Assembly (NCBI GenBank): GCA_028866275.1
Contig: JAGWIK010000001.1
Coordinates: forward strand, 139,306-203,305
Reading direction: 5' to 3'
Length of the DNA stretch: 64,000 nt
Origin: Alphaproteobacteria bacterium
Lineage (GTDB): Bacteria; Pseudomonadota; Alphaproteobacteria; UBA9219
Shown here: in pieces, positions 62,674 through 64,000 of the stretch
Layout of the letters: the number at the start of each line of letters is the position of its first letter
Numbering within the stretch: position 1 is the stretch's first letter
Position numbers and translations under genes: made by a program
The notes under the pieces: model-generated
Told to the model about the DNA's origin: nothing
The model's database searches: none
Seen by the model: only the letters and a program-made list of their open reading frames with translations

Positions 62674-63396
62674 ATGTCCATGCGCCCTTCGACCCGTGCT
62701 TTTGATCAGCTCCGTCCTGTCACGCTCGAATCAGGCTTTGCCAAATATGCCGAAGGATCGTGCCTGATCAAATGTGGCGACACGCATGTTCTGTGCACCG
62801 CCAGCGTCGATGAAAAAGTGCCGCCGTTCCTGCGCAATACCGGTCTTGGCTGGGTCACGGCGGAATACGGCATGTTGCCGCGCGCCACCGCCGAACGCAC
62901 CGACCGTGAAGCCGCCAAGGGCAAGCAATCGGGCCGCACGCAGGAAATTCAAAGGCTGATAGGCCGTTCTTTGCGCGCCGTGGTGGACAGGAAAATCATG
63001 GGCGAAATGCAGATCAAGGTCGATTGCGACGTGCTGCAGGCCGATGGCGGCACGCGGTGCGCGTCGATTACCGGCGGTTATGTCGCGCTGGCTCTGGCGT
63101 GCCGTTATTTGATGAAGACCGGCAAATTGAAGGCAAACCCGCTGACATCGTCGGTTGCGGCTGTTTCCTGCGGCATTTATCAGGGCGAACCCGTGCTTGA
63201 TCTGGATTATGCCGAAGATTCGACGGCCGGAGTCGATGCCAATTTCGTCATGACCGGGGCCGGAGGCATCGTCGAAATCCAGGGCACCGCCGAACATGCG
63301 CCTTTTTCCGAAACCCAGTTCGGCGCGATGCTGAAGCTGGCGCAAAAGGGATTGGCCGAGCTGGCGGCGATGCAGGCAGCGGCCATTGGCGGGTAA
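62674..63396 (+). CDS. rph: ribonuclease PH
   Basis: [27 protein letters not shown] and DGGTR motifs. Confidence 0.97.
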   Translation: MSMRPSTRAFDQLRPVTLESGFAKYAEGSCLIKCGDTHVLCTASVDEKVPPFLRNTGLGWVTAEYGMLPRATAERTDREAAKGKQSGRTQEIQRLIGRSLRAVVDRKIMGEMQIKVDCDVLQADGGTRCASITGGYVALALACRYLMKTGKLKANPLTSSVAAVSCGIYQGEPVLDLDYAEDSTAGVDANFVMTGAGGIVEIQGTAEHAPFSETQFGAMLKLAQKGLAELAAMQAAAIGG

Positions 63397-63484
63397 CGTT
63401 TTTTCTTTCCCCTTGCCTAAAAACCGTTCCGGTGTCAGAAAGTCGGCTTGTCAAATTCACCCTCTCTTTCCTCGCTACGGGTAA

Positions 63485-64000
<516 letters not shown>

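Overview
GC-rich alphaproteobacterial chromosome segment. The assignment is inferred from gene content and order, a PleC/DivJ-type kinase, and CtrA and sigma54/FlbD-like motifs. Bases 1-~5790 are the AT-richer end of a genomic island bounded by a duplicated 3' half of tRNA-Val(GAC). A second, degenerate tRNA-Val fragment at ~7402-7441 delimits an older 1.6-kb one-gene islet. The rest is mostly housekeeping: ABC-F, cysS, glmS, mscL, rpmG, photolyase, sppA-murG-murC-murB, flgFGAH, tkt-gap, xth, lolA, SRP RNA, dnaX-ybaB-recR, ETF-QO, rodZ-ispG-prfA-prmC, lysC, ubiG, groESL, rph and partial mreB. These genes are interspersed with AT-richer orphan genes. Most notable observations: (i) dispersed orphans sharing Pro-terminated, often basic C-terminal tails (candidate secreted effector repertoire); (ii) a DUF2946-like CxxC...RAPP leader upstream of a CACGC outer-membrane barrel and a TlpA (candidate copper-responsive ribosome-stalling module); (iii) tandem tRNA-Val att sites; (iv) a palindromic element translated in frame inside PrmC; (v) a groESL promoter with RpoH and CtrA motifs but no CIRCE; (vi) a catalytically degenerate DJ-1/PfpI gene with a structured leader. 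All family calls come from motif recognition, with no database searches.
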